32,000 nucleotides of DNA from assembly GCF_000022265.1 (NCBI RefSeq), contig NC_011979.1, positions 3,780,001-3,812,000 on the forward strand. Reading direction: 5' to 3'. The position numbers and the translations under genes are program-made. The stretch's first letter is position 1. Every line of letters begins with the position of its first letter. The notes under the pieces are model-generated. The model saw only the letters and a list, made by a program, of their open reading frames with translations, made no database searches and was not told the origin of the DNA. Of this stretch, positions 8,426 to 16,522 are shown one piece after another. The DNA comes from Geotalea daltonii FRC-32 (lineage in GTDB: Bacteria > Desulfobacterota > Desulfuromonadia > Geobacterales > Geobacteraceae).

Positions 8426-9292
8426 CTACACACAAGCTTTCAAACCGTCCTCAAGTGAAGGGTAGAGCAACTTGACCCCCAGCTTACGTAACATTTTGCC
8501 ATTGTCCATGCGTCGTGTTTCGGAAATGTAGGAGAGCATCAGCGGGCTCATCACCTGGTGCGCCTCCTCATGGGAAACTTGACGGGGACGCGGGAAGCCA
8601 AGCAAATCAGCGGCGGCATTGAAGTACTGGGTCATGGTACCGGTCTGTCCATCGCTGATATTGAAAATATCTCCATCCTCCCCCTTGTCAGCTGCAGCAA
8701 CGCATATCCGGGCCAGATCGGCGGCATGAACACGATTGGTTGGCGGCGACAGGTGCTCATACAGAAGCGGCTGCCCAGAGGCCAGTTGGGTGACCGGCAG
8801 CCGTCCCGGCCCATAAATGCCCGTTACCCGCAAAATTATGACCTCGACCTTCTGTTCCTTCCCCCAACCCTGAAGCACGGTTTCGGCGTCAAAACGCCGC
8901 TTTGCCCGGGCAGTCTGCGGATTGGGTGGAGTTTCTTCGGTGACGACTGCATCCCCGCAGTCGCCGTAAACACCGCTGGTGCTCATGTATATAATCCGGC
9001 GCGGCCCATTTTCTGCCTTTATGGTTGCGCAAAAGTTGCGCATGCGTGAGTCCTGGTAACCTCCACCCGGTGGAGGAGCCAGGTAATAAACCAGGGCATC
9101 CTTTAACGGCAGATCTGCCAAGGAGGCGGGATCATCCAGATCTCCCGAAATCCCCCGAATGCCAAGTGTCTGCAGCTGCCCCATCTTTGCCTCTGCCCGT
9201 GAAAGGGCGGTGATGGTTGCTCCTGTCTCCTTGAAAATAGCGGCAACACGCTTGCCAATATCTCCACATCCTATAATCACTACATTCTTCAC
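8426..9292 (-). CDS. NAD(P)-binding SDR / epimerase-dehydratase family protein
   Basis: A Rossmann motif VIIGCGDIGKRV is present at the N-terminus, and the length and pattern fit atypical SDRs. The start codon is GTG (9292..9290), with a GGAGG RBS 6 nt upstream. Confidence 0.8.
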   Translation of the reverse strand: MKNVVIIGCGDIGKRVAAIFKETGATITALSRAEAKMGQLQTLGIRGISGDLDDPASLADLPLKDALVYYLAPPPGGGYQDSRMRNFCATIKAENGPRRIIYMSTSGVYGDCGDAVVTEETPPNPQTARAKRRFDAETVLQGWGKEQKVEVIILRVTGIYGPGRLPVTQLASGQPLLYEHLSPPTNRVHAADLARICVAAADKGEDGDIFNISDGQTGTMTQYFNAAADLLGFPRPRQVSHEEAHQVMSPLMLSYISETRRMDNGKMLRKLGVKLLYPSLEDGLKACV

Positions 9293-9395
9293 CGGTTATC
9301 CTCCATCTTTTACGAACTTCACATCAGTCTCTTAGCAGAATCCTCCTTCTGTTTCCAGAAAAAATCCTTCTCCAACTGAAGTTATCGTTTTTTTT

Positions 9396-9404
9396 TGCTA
9401 TACT
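9396..9404 (+). promoter_or_regulatory. Extended -10 element TGcTATACT upstream of the TPR gene
   Basis: TG at 9396-9397 and TATACT at 9399-9404, preceded by a T9 tract. There is no good -35. A GAGGAG RBS lies at 9415-9420. Confidence 0.3.
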
Positions 9405-9426
9405 GGAAACAAATGAGGAGAAAATA

Positions 9427-9993
9427 ATGAAAAAAATTATCCTTACTTTAATTTGGAGTTGTCTCATTCCGTTGATGGCCTTGCCGGCAGCATATGCCCT
9501 GGTGGAAAAGGAACCCCCGATCGAAGAAGAACAGGGGTTCGAGTTCCTTGGTGCCGCCGAATGGATGCAGAAAGGGCTGGAGCTGAATGGCCAAGGGCAG
9601 TATGAGGAGGCCGCCGAGGCGTTTCTAAAGGTAATATCCGTAAACCCCGACGATGCTGTCGCCTGGTTCAGCCTGGGCACGGCCAAAGCCTTCAGCGGCA
9701 GTTATGAGGAAGCGGCCGGGTTCCTCAGCCAGGCACTTGCTTTTGATCCCGACCTGATGGTTGCCTACAGCAACCTGGGAGCAGTATATGGGAGACTGGG
9801 GAGGTTCGAGGAAGCACTCGATGCCTATTCCCAGGTGCTTCGTCTCAGACCTGACGATACAAACGCCCGTTACAACAGGGGCATCGTTTTTGCGGGTCTG
9901 GGAGACCGGGACTCGGCCCTCAAGGAGTATGAACTGCTGCTGGCAACGGATAAGGAATTGGCAGCCGCGCTTCTTCAGTTCATCGGCATGTAA
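9427..9993 (+). CDS. Secreted TPR-repeat protein
   Basis: It has a signal peptide MKKIILTLIWSCLIPLMALPAAYA. About four 34-residue repeats show the TPR pattern (W..LG.A....G.YEEA...). Confidence 0.8.
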   Translation: MKKIILTLIWSCLIPLMALPAAYALVEKEPPIEEEQGFEFLGAAEWMQKGLELNGQGQYEEAAEAFLKVISVNPDDAVAWFSLGTAKAFSGSYEEAAGFLSQALAFDPDLMVAYSNLGAVYGRLGRFEEALDAYSQVLRLRPDDTNARYNRGIVFAGLGDRDSALKEYELLLATDKELAAALLQFIGM

Positions 9994-10003
9994 CAGAAGT
10001 AGA

Positions 10004-11563
10004 TCAGGTTTTCTCGCCCCCATAAGGATCTTCAGCTTCCCTTTTTCCCGGATCTGCTTTAAGCGGTGAACGATCTTTGACGGCAAATACCTTAATCCCC
10101 TCTTTTCCTTCCAATGGGCAGACATTCTCGCAGATACCGCAGCCGTTGCACAGCTCATCCACCACATACGGCTTCTGAAGCAGGATCTTCCTGCCGTTCA
10201 GATCAACATCTTCTACCGATTCAGATCTGATGGCCTTTTGCGGTATGGGGCAGTGCTCCTCGCAGACAATGCAGTTGGTTTTGCGGGCAAAGGGGAGACA
10301 GTGGTTCTTGTCCAATACAGCCTTGCCTATGACCGCCAGTTTTTTTTCGGCCACGGGCAGATTGGGAATTGCCCCAGTGGGGCAGACCTGACCACAGAGG
10401 GTACAGTTGTATTCGCAGTAACCCAGTCGAGGAATGACGACAGGAGTGAAGAGGGACTCTGGCCCGGACTGCATGACTGCAGGATAGAGAGCACTTTTAA
10501 GACAGACCTTCATACACTCGCCGCAGCGAACGCACTTCTTCAGGAATTCCCCCTCAGCCCTGACCCCCGGTGGCCTTAACACCAAAGCCTCCGCTTCAGG
10601 GTGGCGAAAGCGAAAGAAACCTGACAGGAAAAAGCCGGACACCAGTCCCCCCAGGAGGACCCGCCGCTCGGGGAGATAGGGTTGATCGTTTTTACCCAGG
10701 AACCGGAAGTTGAAACTGATCCTCCGCAAGCGGCAGGCCCGAAGACAGTCCATGCAGAGGATGCATTCATCCTGCTGCAGGATTTCCCTGTCGAAGGAAG
10801 TGGGACAGACGGTACTGCAGGCCTTGCAGTCCGGACAAAGATCGACCGGCATTCTTTTGAGAGGCGAAAAACGGGCGACCATTCCCAGCAGGGTGCCCAA
10901 GGGACAGATATTCCTGCACCAATTGCGCCGTTCATAACGTTCGAGAAAGATGATGGCGATAAACATCAAGGCCGAAACGAAAGCGAGCGGATAGAAAGTT
11001 TCCCGGAACGGAAGCAGGTGGTCGCGCATCACCCCGTAAGCCGGTTCGAGAAAATCGCGCTGCTCTCCCACCAGCTGGTAAAGCTCCGTCCATCCCTGGC
11101 GCACGGCATCACCCATGAGTGGATAGAAGAAAAAGGTCAAGGCTCTTAGGAAAATGGCTATTGGATCCAGAACTCCCGCCAGATTGATATTGAACAGGGC
11201 CAAAGAAAGGAGGGGAAGGAGCAGCCAGTATTTGAGATTTCCTTTCAGGAATTTCAGCGGCGCCGTTTTTTTGATCCGGTCGGTGACCAGGTCGAGAAAG
11301 GTGCCCAGGGGGCAGATCCAGCCACAGAAAAAACGCCCCAGGATCAGGGTGAAGAGGATTACCAGCAGAGCCGGCAACAGCAGCCAGGTAAAAGATCGGA
11401 CAGCTGCCAGATAGGAGGCCAGCACCAGCGGGTCAGTCCGAAAAAAGCTGTTTATGGCTGCAGGAATGGTATCGTTGCCGCGATATTCGGTCTGAACGAA
11501 CAAAAAGAGAAACAGGATTAAAAACAGCAACTGGCTCAGTCGGGCGGGATTGATCTTCTTCAT
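10004..11563 (-). CDS. NapH/MauN/NosR-type integral membrane polyferredoxin
   Basis: The N-terminal multi-TM region carries two CX3CP motifs (FFCGWICPLGT, NWCRNICPLGT). About six ferredoxin-type cysteine clusters follow (CPDCKACSTVCP, CILCMDCLRAC, CVRCGECMKVC, CTLCGQVCP, CIVCEEHCP, CNGCGICENVCP). An ATGA overlap links it to the upstream DUF362 gene. Confidence 0.85.
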   Translation of the reverse strand: MKKINPARLSQLLFLILFLFLFVQTEYRGNDTIPAAINSFFRTDPLVLASYLAAVRSFTWLLLPALLVILFTLILGRFFCGWICPLGTFLDLVTDRIKKTAPLKFLKGNLKYWLLLPLLSLALFNINLAGVLDPIAIFLRALTFFFYPLMGDAVRQGWTELYQLVGEQRDFLEPAYGVMRDHLLPFRETFYPLAFVSALMFIAIIFLERYERRNWCRNICPLGTLLGMVARFSPLKRMPVDLCPDCKACSTVCPTSFDREILQQDECILCMDCLRACRLRRISFNFRFLGKNDQPYLPERRVLLGGLVSGFFLSGFFRFRHPEAEALVLRPPGVRAEGEFLKKCVRCGECMKVCLKSALYPAVMQSGPESLFTPVVIPRLGYCEYNCTLCGQVCPTGAIPNLPVAEKKLAVIGKAVLDKNHCLPFARKTNCIVCEEHCPIPQKAIRSESVEDVDLNGRKILLQKPYVVDELCNGCGICENVCPLEGKEGIKVFAVKDRSPLKADPGKREAEDPYGGEKT

Positions 11564-12441
11564 GCTTTAACTATTGTCACCTTTTTCAGATCCATTTCAC
11601 CGAGTCCTCTCTTGCTGGCGGCAACAGTTACAGCAATATCCTTTGGTTTCAAACCGAAAAGAGTGGTCGCATAGGCATCGGCAGCAACTATGTCCGTGGA
11701 AGCTATGACTTTATTGAGAATTTTTACATCCTTAAGGTCGCCACCTTGCGGACCGTGGGCCGTCAGCACCCTTGTGGCATCCACCACCACCAGGTGTGTT
11801 TTCAGCACGCTGTTCACGTCTGCCAGTGCCGCGTCGATATTTTTGTGGATGCTCCCCCGGTTCCCCCCCATCACCCCCATGACATTCTTCAGCCCCAGGG
11901 TCAGCTTGGTCAGCCCATGATGCTTGGCAACGGGCACATTGATAAAAACATCGGCCTTGAGCACCTCGTCGTACAGGTCCCACTCGCTCAACACTCCCCC
12001 ACTGATGGGCACCTTGCGGTAGCGGCCGCTATCCATGTACTTTACCTCGACTTTTTTCATCCCCTTAAGTGCCGCCGGTATACCGCAGTTTGCATAACAG
12101 CGCCGCTCGTCATTGCAGGTGCGGTCGAAGACCTTTACCTTTTTTGCTCCGGCGCGCAGGGCTTCTTCAACCACCGCCCTCACCACCAAGGGATTGGTGT
12201 TGGCTGCCTGCTCCGGGTTCCGGTCCCATCCCATGTTGGGTTTGACCACAACCACATCCCCTTTTTTGACGAACCTGTTCATACCACCTATGGCAGCAAT
12301 GGCATTTCTCGTTACCTGAGCATGGTCCTTTCCCTCGGCAACAGCTACCACCGGACCGCCGGCGGCCATAAGATCCCTGAGCAGCCATTGATGGAAAACA
12401 GCCGAAATCCCTAAAAGCCTGAGAAATGCCCTTCTTTTCAT
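11560..12441 (-). CDS. DUF362-family protein with twin-arginine (Tat) signal peptide
   Basis: The N-terminus MKRRAFLRLLGISAV fits the RRxFL Tat motif. The body (VVVKPNMGW..., VAKHHGLTKLTLGLKNVMG, VVVDATRVLTAHGP, ASTDIVAADAYA) matches my recollection of DUF362. A GGAGGGGG RBS is present. Confidence 0.75.
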   Translation of the reverse strand: MKRRAFLRLLGISAVFHQWLLRDLMAAGGPVVAVAEGKDHAQVTRNAIAAIGGMNRFVKKGDVVVVKPNMGWDRNPEQAANTNPLVVRAVVEEALRAGAKKVKVFDRTCNDERRCYANCGIPAALKGMKKVEVKYMDSGRYRKVPISGGVLSEWDLYDEVLKADVFINVPVAKHHGLTKLTLGLKNVMGVMGGNRGSIHKNIDAALADVNSVLKTHLVVVDATRVLTAHGPQGGDLKDVKILNKVIASTDIVAADAYATTLFGLKPKDIAVTVAASKRGLGEMDLKKVTIVKA

Positions 12442-12481
12442 TGGTCGCCCCCTCCGCTAGCGATGAAATTTCTGAATTTCA

Positions 12482-12509
12482 ACTATACCTTTCACCCTTT
12501 CCATGTCAA
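12482..12509 (-). promoter_or_regulatory. Sigma70-type promoter of the DUF362-polyferredoxin operon
   Basis: The minus strand reads TTGACA (12509..12504)-N16-TATAGT (12487..12482). Confidence 0.5.
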
Positions 12510-12522
12510 CACTGTTCTATCC

Positions 12523-12550
12523 ATGACAGAGCAGGAAGATGTGTTATAGT
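12523..12550 (+). promoter_or_regulatory. Sigma70-type promoter of pncB with extended -10
   Basis: ATGACA (12523-12528)-N16-TATAGT (12545-12550), with TG at 12542-12543. An AGGAG RBS lies at 12561-12565. Confidence 0.45.
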
Positions 12551-12571
12551 TCTTGATCAAAGGAGACGCAG

Positions 12572-13993
12572 ATGCGATTTTCACCCCTTATCACCGATCT
12601 CTATGAACTGACGATGCTGGCGGGCTACCTTGAGGAGGGAATGCACGAAACGCCGGCGGTGTTCGATCTCTTCTACCGCCAGAACCCGTTCAAGGGTGGC
12701 TACGCCGTTTTCGCCGGGCTGGATACGGCTCTCACCTATCTGGAAAACCTTGCCTTTGATAAAGAGGAAATCGCCTATTTAAAGGGGCTCAATCTCTTTC
12801 GCCCCCGTTTCCTTGAGTTTCTCCGGGACTTCCGTTTCAGGGGGCGGATAACGGCCCCTGCCGAAGGGACCGTTGTCTTTGGCAACGAGCCGCTTCTGAC
12901 CGTGGAAGGGAACTTGGCCGAAGCCCAGTTCGTGGAAACGGCATTGCTCAACATCATCAACTTCCAGACCCTTATCGCCACCAAGGCAGCCCGCATTGCC
13001 CATGCGGCAGGAAATGCCAAGGTAATAGAGTTCGGACTGCGTCGCGCCCAAGGGCCCGATGGCGGTTCAAGCGTCGCCAGGGCCGCCTATATAGGCGGAG
13101 TACGCAGCACCAGCAACGTCATGGCTGGTATGCAGTATGACATTCCGGTAAAGGGGACGCACGCCCATAGCTGGATCATGGCCTTTCCCGACGAACTGAC
13201 CGCTTTCCGCGCCTATGCAGATGTCTTTCCCGACAGCAGCATCCTGTTGGTCGATACCTATGACACCCTCAAAAGCGGCATGGTCAATGCCATCACCGTC
13301 GCCGGAGAACTGCGTGCCAAAGGACATGAACTGGTCGGGGTACGCCTCGATTCCGGCGATCTGGCCTACCTGAGCAGGCAGGCCAGACGCATGCTCGATG
13401 AAGCCGGTTTTACCGAAGCGAAGATCGTCGCCTCCAACGAAGTGGATGAATACGTCATCGAATCGATCCTTTCCGAAGGGGGAAAGGTGGACATCTATGG
13501 AGTCGGAACCAAGCTGGCAACCGGTATGGGAGATGGAGGAGGAGCCCTCGGCGGTGTCTACAAGCTGGTGAGGATCGGCGCAGAACCCAAGCTCAAGGTG
13601 ACCAGCGATATTGCCAAAGCAACCCTCCCCGACCGGAAGAAACTGCTGCGCGCATTGTCAGAGGATGGTTCCTGCATCATGGACATTATTGCCCTGGCTG
13701 ACGAGAAGATCGAAATCGGCCGAAAGGTCTACAACCCGGTCAACCCGCTGCAGTTTACCCATATTCCCACAGGGGTGCGTTTAACAGAACTGCGTACAGT
13801 TGCTATGGAAGAGGGCAAAAGGACAGGCTCTTCGTCGACTCTGGATCAGCTTGCGGACCGTTGCCGCCAGCAGCTCGCCTGCCTCCCCCAGGGATGTCTG
13901 CGCTTTATCAATCCCCACACCTATAAGGTTTCAATCAGCAGCGGGATTCATGATCTGCGTCTGAGGCTTATGGAAGAGCTGCAGCAGGCTTAG
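12572..13993 (+). CDS. pncB: Nicotinate phosphoribosyltransferase
   Basis: The N-terminus PLITDLYELTMLAGY and the phosphohistidine region PVKGTHAHSWIMAF are typical of NAPRTase, as is the length of 473 aa. Confidence 0.92.
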   Translation: MRFSPLITDLYELTMLAGYLEEGMHETPAVFDLFYRQNPFKGGYAVFAGLDTALTYLENLAFDKEEIAYLKGLNLFRPRFLEFLRDFRFRGRITAPAEGTVVFGNEPLLTVEGNLAEAQFVETALLNIINFQTLIATKAARIAHAAGNAKVIEFGLRRAQGPDGGSSVARAAYIGGVRSTSNVMAGMQYDIPVKGTHAHSWIMAFPDELTAFRAYADVFPDSSILLVDTYDTLKSGMVNAITVAGELRAKGHELVGVRLDSGDLAYLSRQARRMLDEAGFTEAKIVASNEVDEYVIESILSEGGKVDIYGVGTKLATGMGDGGGALGGVYKLVRIGAEPKLKVTSDIAKATLPDRKKLLRALSEDGSCIMDIIALADEKIEIGRKVYNPVNPLQFTHIPTGVRLTELRTVAMEEGKRTGSSSTLDQLADRCRQQLACLPQGCLRFINPHTYKVSISSGIHDLRLRLMEELQQA

Positions 13994-14002
13994 GTTCGAA
14001 TC

Positions 14003-15664
14003 TCACCCATGGGACCCGGTCCCGGAAATGATTGCCACATCCGGCTTGACATCCTGGTCCTGCTTTGCTTCCAGCATGGTTGCGCTCAACGTAGCCATGC
14101 CGGCATCCTGCACCACCGCCGCACACTTCGGATAGTCGATTTTTGCAGTGGCCGTTTTCGGCAGGGCATCCATGAGCCTTACTTCTGCCGGCAGTTTGTA
14201 TCTGGGAAGCAATTTTACACAGCGGTTCAGAATCTCCTTTTCCGAGCATCCCTTCTCCAGGGGCGAGGCCACAGCCAAAAGCCGCTGCCCCAACAGCAGG
14301 TCAGGCACACCGACAACCGCCACCTCAGCCAGAAGGCCTGTGGACATCATGACCTCTTCTATTTCCCGTGGATTTATCCGGTGGCCTCCTATTTTGAGCA
14401 GGTTATCTTTCCTGCCCACAACGAAATAGTATCCTTCGCGGTCTCGGTAACCAAGATCTCCCGTATGATAACCATTGTCATCCAGAACGTTCGCCGTATG
14501 AACGGAGTCCTTCCAGTATCCCTGCATGATGTTTGGGCCGGCGGCCACCAGTTCGCCCGTCTCCCCTACCGGCAGCTCCCTCCCCTGCTCATCCAGAACA
14601 CGCAGCGTGACGCCGGCAATGGGCCTGCCGATGGAGTCGATCCTGGTCCTCAATGATTCGTGCTCCAGCACGGTCAGGCGTGCCGAGGCCTCGGTGGCGC
14701 CGTACATTATATAAAGCTTTGTATGGGGAGGCAGCACCTGCAAAAGTTCCTCCTTCAACTGCCTTGACATGTGTCCCCCCGCCTGGGAGCAATAGCGCAG
14801 AGAGCCAAGCCGGTCACGGTACTGCAACAGGGGTGAGCGCTGAAGCAGATAGGCATAGCTGGAGGGAACCCCGGAGAACCCGGTCACCTGTTCCTTCACC
14901 ATCTGTTCAATCAACTGTCCAGTGAAGGCAAACTTGTTGTTGACGACCACCGTCCCGCCGGCGGCGAAATGGGTGTTAACCAGCGATTTTCCCATCACGT
15001 AGTGGAAGGGAAGCACGCTCATCTGGATATCGGATTCTGTGATCCTGAGAGCTTGGATGATTGCATGGGTATTTGAGACGCAATTCCGGTGGGAAAGCAT
15101 AACACCCTTGGGTATGGCTGTGGACCCCGAAGTATAGACGATGCTTGCCAATTCGTCCGGGTGCACGGGAATCGCCGGGTTGTCGGCTATGACATTGCTG
15201 ATGATATCTTCCCACGGGGTGACGGCAAAAGTGACGTTGCAGAAATCACGCGATGGTTCCTTTATCAGGAGTGCCTTCAGCTTACTCCCTTCCAATCCGG
15301 ATGAAAGATCGAAAAAAATGTTCTCGTGGCGGGATGCAGTAACAATTGCTCCGGGCTGAAGCTCATTGAGCAGCAATTTCAGGCGGTCCGGGTGCATGTC
15401 CGTACTGAGGGGCACGGCAACGGCTCCCGCTTTCAGGGTACCATAATAGCTGATGAGATACTGAAGGCCATTCTCAACGAAAATGACGACTCTGTCGCCA
15501 CGAGAGACCCCACAAGCCATCAAATGTGCTGCGAACTGGTTAGCATTGTTGTTGATCTGGAAGTAGTTGACCCTCAAGTCCTCATGGACGAAGGCGATCT
15601 TGACAGGCCTGACAATTGCGTTAGTCTCAAGAAAATGATGAATGAGCGTCTGTGACTTGTACAT
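14003..15664 (-). CDS. AMP-forming acyl-CoA synthetase / adenylate-forming ligase (ANL superfamily), substrate unknown
   Basis: The ANL core motifs are present: YTSGSTAIPKGV, MYGATEAS, YHTGDLGY, GRKDNLLKIGGHRINPREIE and LPKTATAKIDY. A tail of ~45 aa follows the last motif. Confidence 0.9.
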   Translation of the reverse strand: MYKSQTLIHHFLETNAIVRPVKIAFVHEDLRVNYFQINNNANQFAAHLMACGVSRGDRVVIFVENGLQYLISYYGTLKAGAVAVPLSTDMHPDRLKLLLNELQPGAIVTASRHENIFFDLSSGLEGSKLKALLIKEPSRDFCNVTFAVTPWEDIISNVIADNPAIPVHPDELASIVYTSGSTAIPKGVMLSHRNCVSNTHAIIQALRITESDIQMSVLPFHYVMGKSLVNTHFAAGGTVVVNNKFAFTGQLIEQMVKEQVTGFSGVPSSYAYLLQRSPLLQYRDRLGSLRYCSQAGGHMSRQLKEELLQVLPPHTKLYIMYGATEASARLTVLEHESLRTRIDSIGRPIAGVTLRVLDEQGRELPVGETGELVAAGPNIMQGYWKDSVHTANVLDDNGYHTGDLGYRDREGYYFVVGRKDNLLKIGGHRINPREIEEVMMSTGLLAEVAVVGVPDLLLGQRLLAVASPLEKGCSEKEILNRCVKLLPRYKLPAEVRLMDALPKTATAKIDYPKCAAVVQDAGMATLSATMLEAKQDQDVKPDVAIISGTGSHG

Positions 15665-15714
15665 AGCCCCTCCTGGAACGAGATTGCAAGCAAAACCGGC
15701 ACATCCCGGACAAT

Positions 15715-15746
15715 TTATTAATTTGTAAATTTTAACAAATCAATAA
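15715..15746. promoter_or_regulatory. 32-bp AT-rich dyad TTATTAATTTGT-N8-ACAAATCAATAA in the ligase/pncA divergent spacer (candidate operator)
   Basis: Read directly from the sequence. The 12-bp arms have one mismatch and are centred in the 153-bp spacer between ATG 15664 (minus) and ATG 15818 (plus). Confidence 0.35.
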
Positions 15747-15817
15747 TAGCAGGAGTTTTGTCAGATACAAAGGCGACATGGTGATTTTTTTCCACGATCG
15801 TGAAAAGGAGCGTATTT

Positions 15818-16420
15818 ATGCCAGTCAAAATTGAAACTAAGCCGGCACTGCTGATTGTGGATGTGCAGAGAGACTTCTGCCCGGGAGGTATGCTGGCCGT
15901 AGCCAAAGGTGACCGAATCATTCCGGCTCTAAACGGATACTGCGAGCTGTTCCGCAAGAAGAACCGACCTATTTTCTTTTCCAGGGACTGGCACCCCCAA
16001 GAAACGTCGCACTTCGAGGCCTTTGGCGGTGCCTGGCCGGTACACTGCGTCATGGGAAGCAAAGGAGCGGAATTTCATCCTGCCCTCAAGGTGCCGGAGG
16101 TGGCTACGATCATCTCCAAAGGTATGAATCCATCACGGGATGACTATTCTGCCTTTGACGGCGTCGACGACTCCGGCACTCCTTTTCCTGAGCTTTTACG
16201 GCGTCTGGATGTGGATACAATATACATCGGCGGACTGGCCACTGATTATTGCGTCAAAGAGTCGGCATTGGCAGCGCTGCGGCAGGGGTTTTCCGTAACC
16301 TTACTGGAAGACGCCGTCCGTGGAGTGGATCTCAAGCCGGGCGACAGCTCAAAGGCTATTGCTGAGATGAAAACAACCGGGGCCAAAACCACAAACTTGT
16401 CCACTATTGATTTAGGCTGA
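15818..16420 (+). CDS. pncA: Nicotinamidase / pyrazinamidase (isochorismatase fold)
   Basis: ALLIVDVQRDFCPGG carries the catalytic Asp, and GLATDYCV the catalytic Cys. GGAG at 15807-15810 lies 7 nt before ATG 15818. The track start at 15800 is a GTG without an RBS. Confidence 0.9.
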   Translation: MPVKIETKPALLIVDVQRDFCPGGMLAVAKGDRIIPALNGYCELFRKKNRPIFFSRDWHPQETSHFEAFGGAWPVHCVMGSKGAEFHPALKVPEVATIISKGMNPSRDDYSAFDGVDDSGTPFPELLRRLDVDTIYIGGLATDYCVKESALAALRQGFSVTLLEDAVRGVDLKPGDSSKAIAEMKTTGAKTTNLSTIDLG

Positions 16421-16456
16421 CCTGCGACTGCAACCTCACCCATCATGGCGATTTCG

Positions 16457-16485
16457 TTGACATTTCAGGTCAAAAGAGCTAGAGT
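16457..16485 (+). promoter_or_regulatory. Sigma70-type promoter of the DAHP synthase gene
   Basis: TTGACA (16457-16462)-N17-TAGAGT (16480-16485). Confidence 0.5.
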
Positions 16486-16522
16486 ACCGCAGCTCTCACC
16501 CTAAGTCGACAAAGGAACAGCC

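Noticed and set aside
11746-12414. Long antisense ORFs opposite known genes (11746-12414, 14009-14656, 16904-17548, 18668-19393, 21329-22052, 30932-31606)
   Set aside because: Each lies entirely within, and opposite to, a gene with strong family motifs (DUF362, the ligase, aroG, serA, trpD/trpG, CDF/recJ). None has a start context or a recognisable domain, so they are shadow ORFs.
13994-14002. A missing terminator between convergent pncB and the ligase (also 8424-8425 and 9994-10003) as a sign of gene fusion or misassembly
   Set aside because: Both reading frames end with clean stops and full-length C-terminal motifs. Tight convergent gene ends without hairpins are common and are not evidence of anything unusual.
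15800-15817. N-terminal extensions suggested by the ORF track (pncA GTG 15800, ytxH-like 6710, rbr 30198, ybbR-like GTG 1439)
   Set aside because: In each case an internal ATG has a properly spaced GGAG/AGGAGG RBS or an ATGA coupling overlap. In each case the extension also adds residues not expected for the family.
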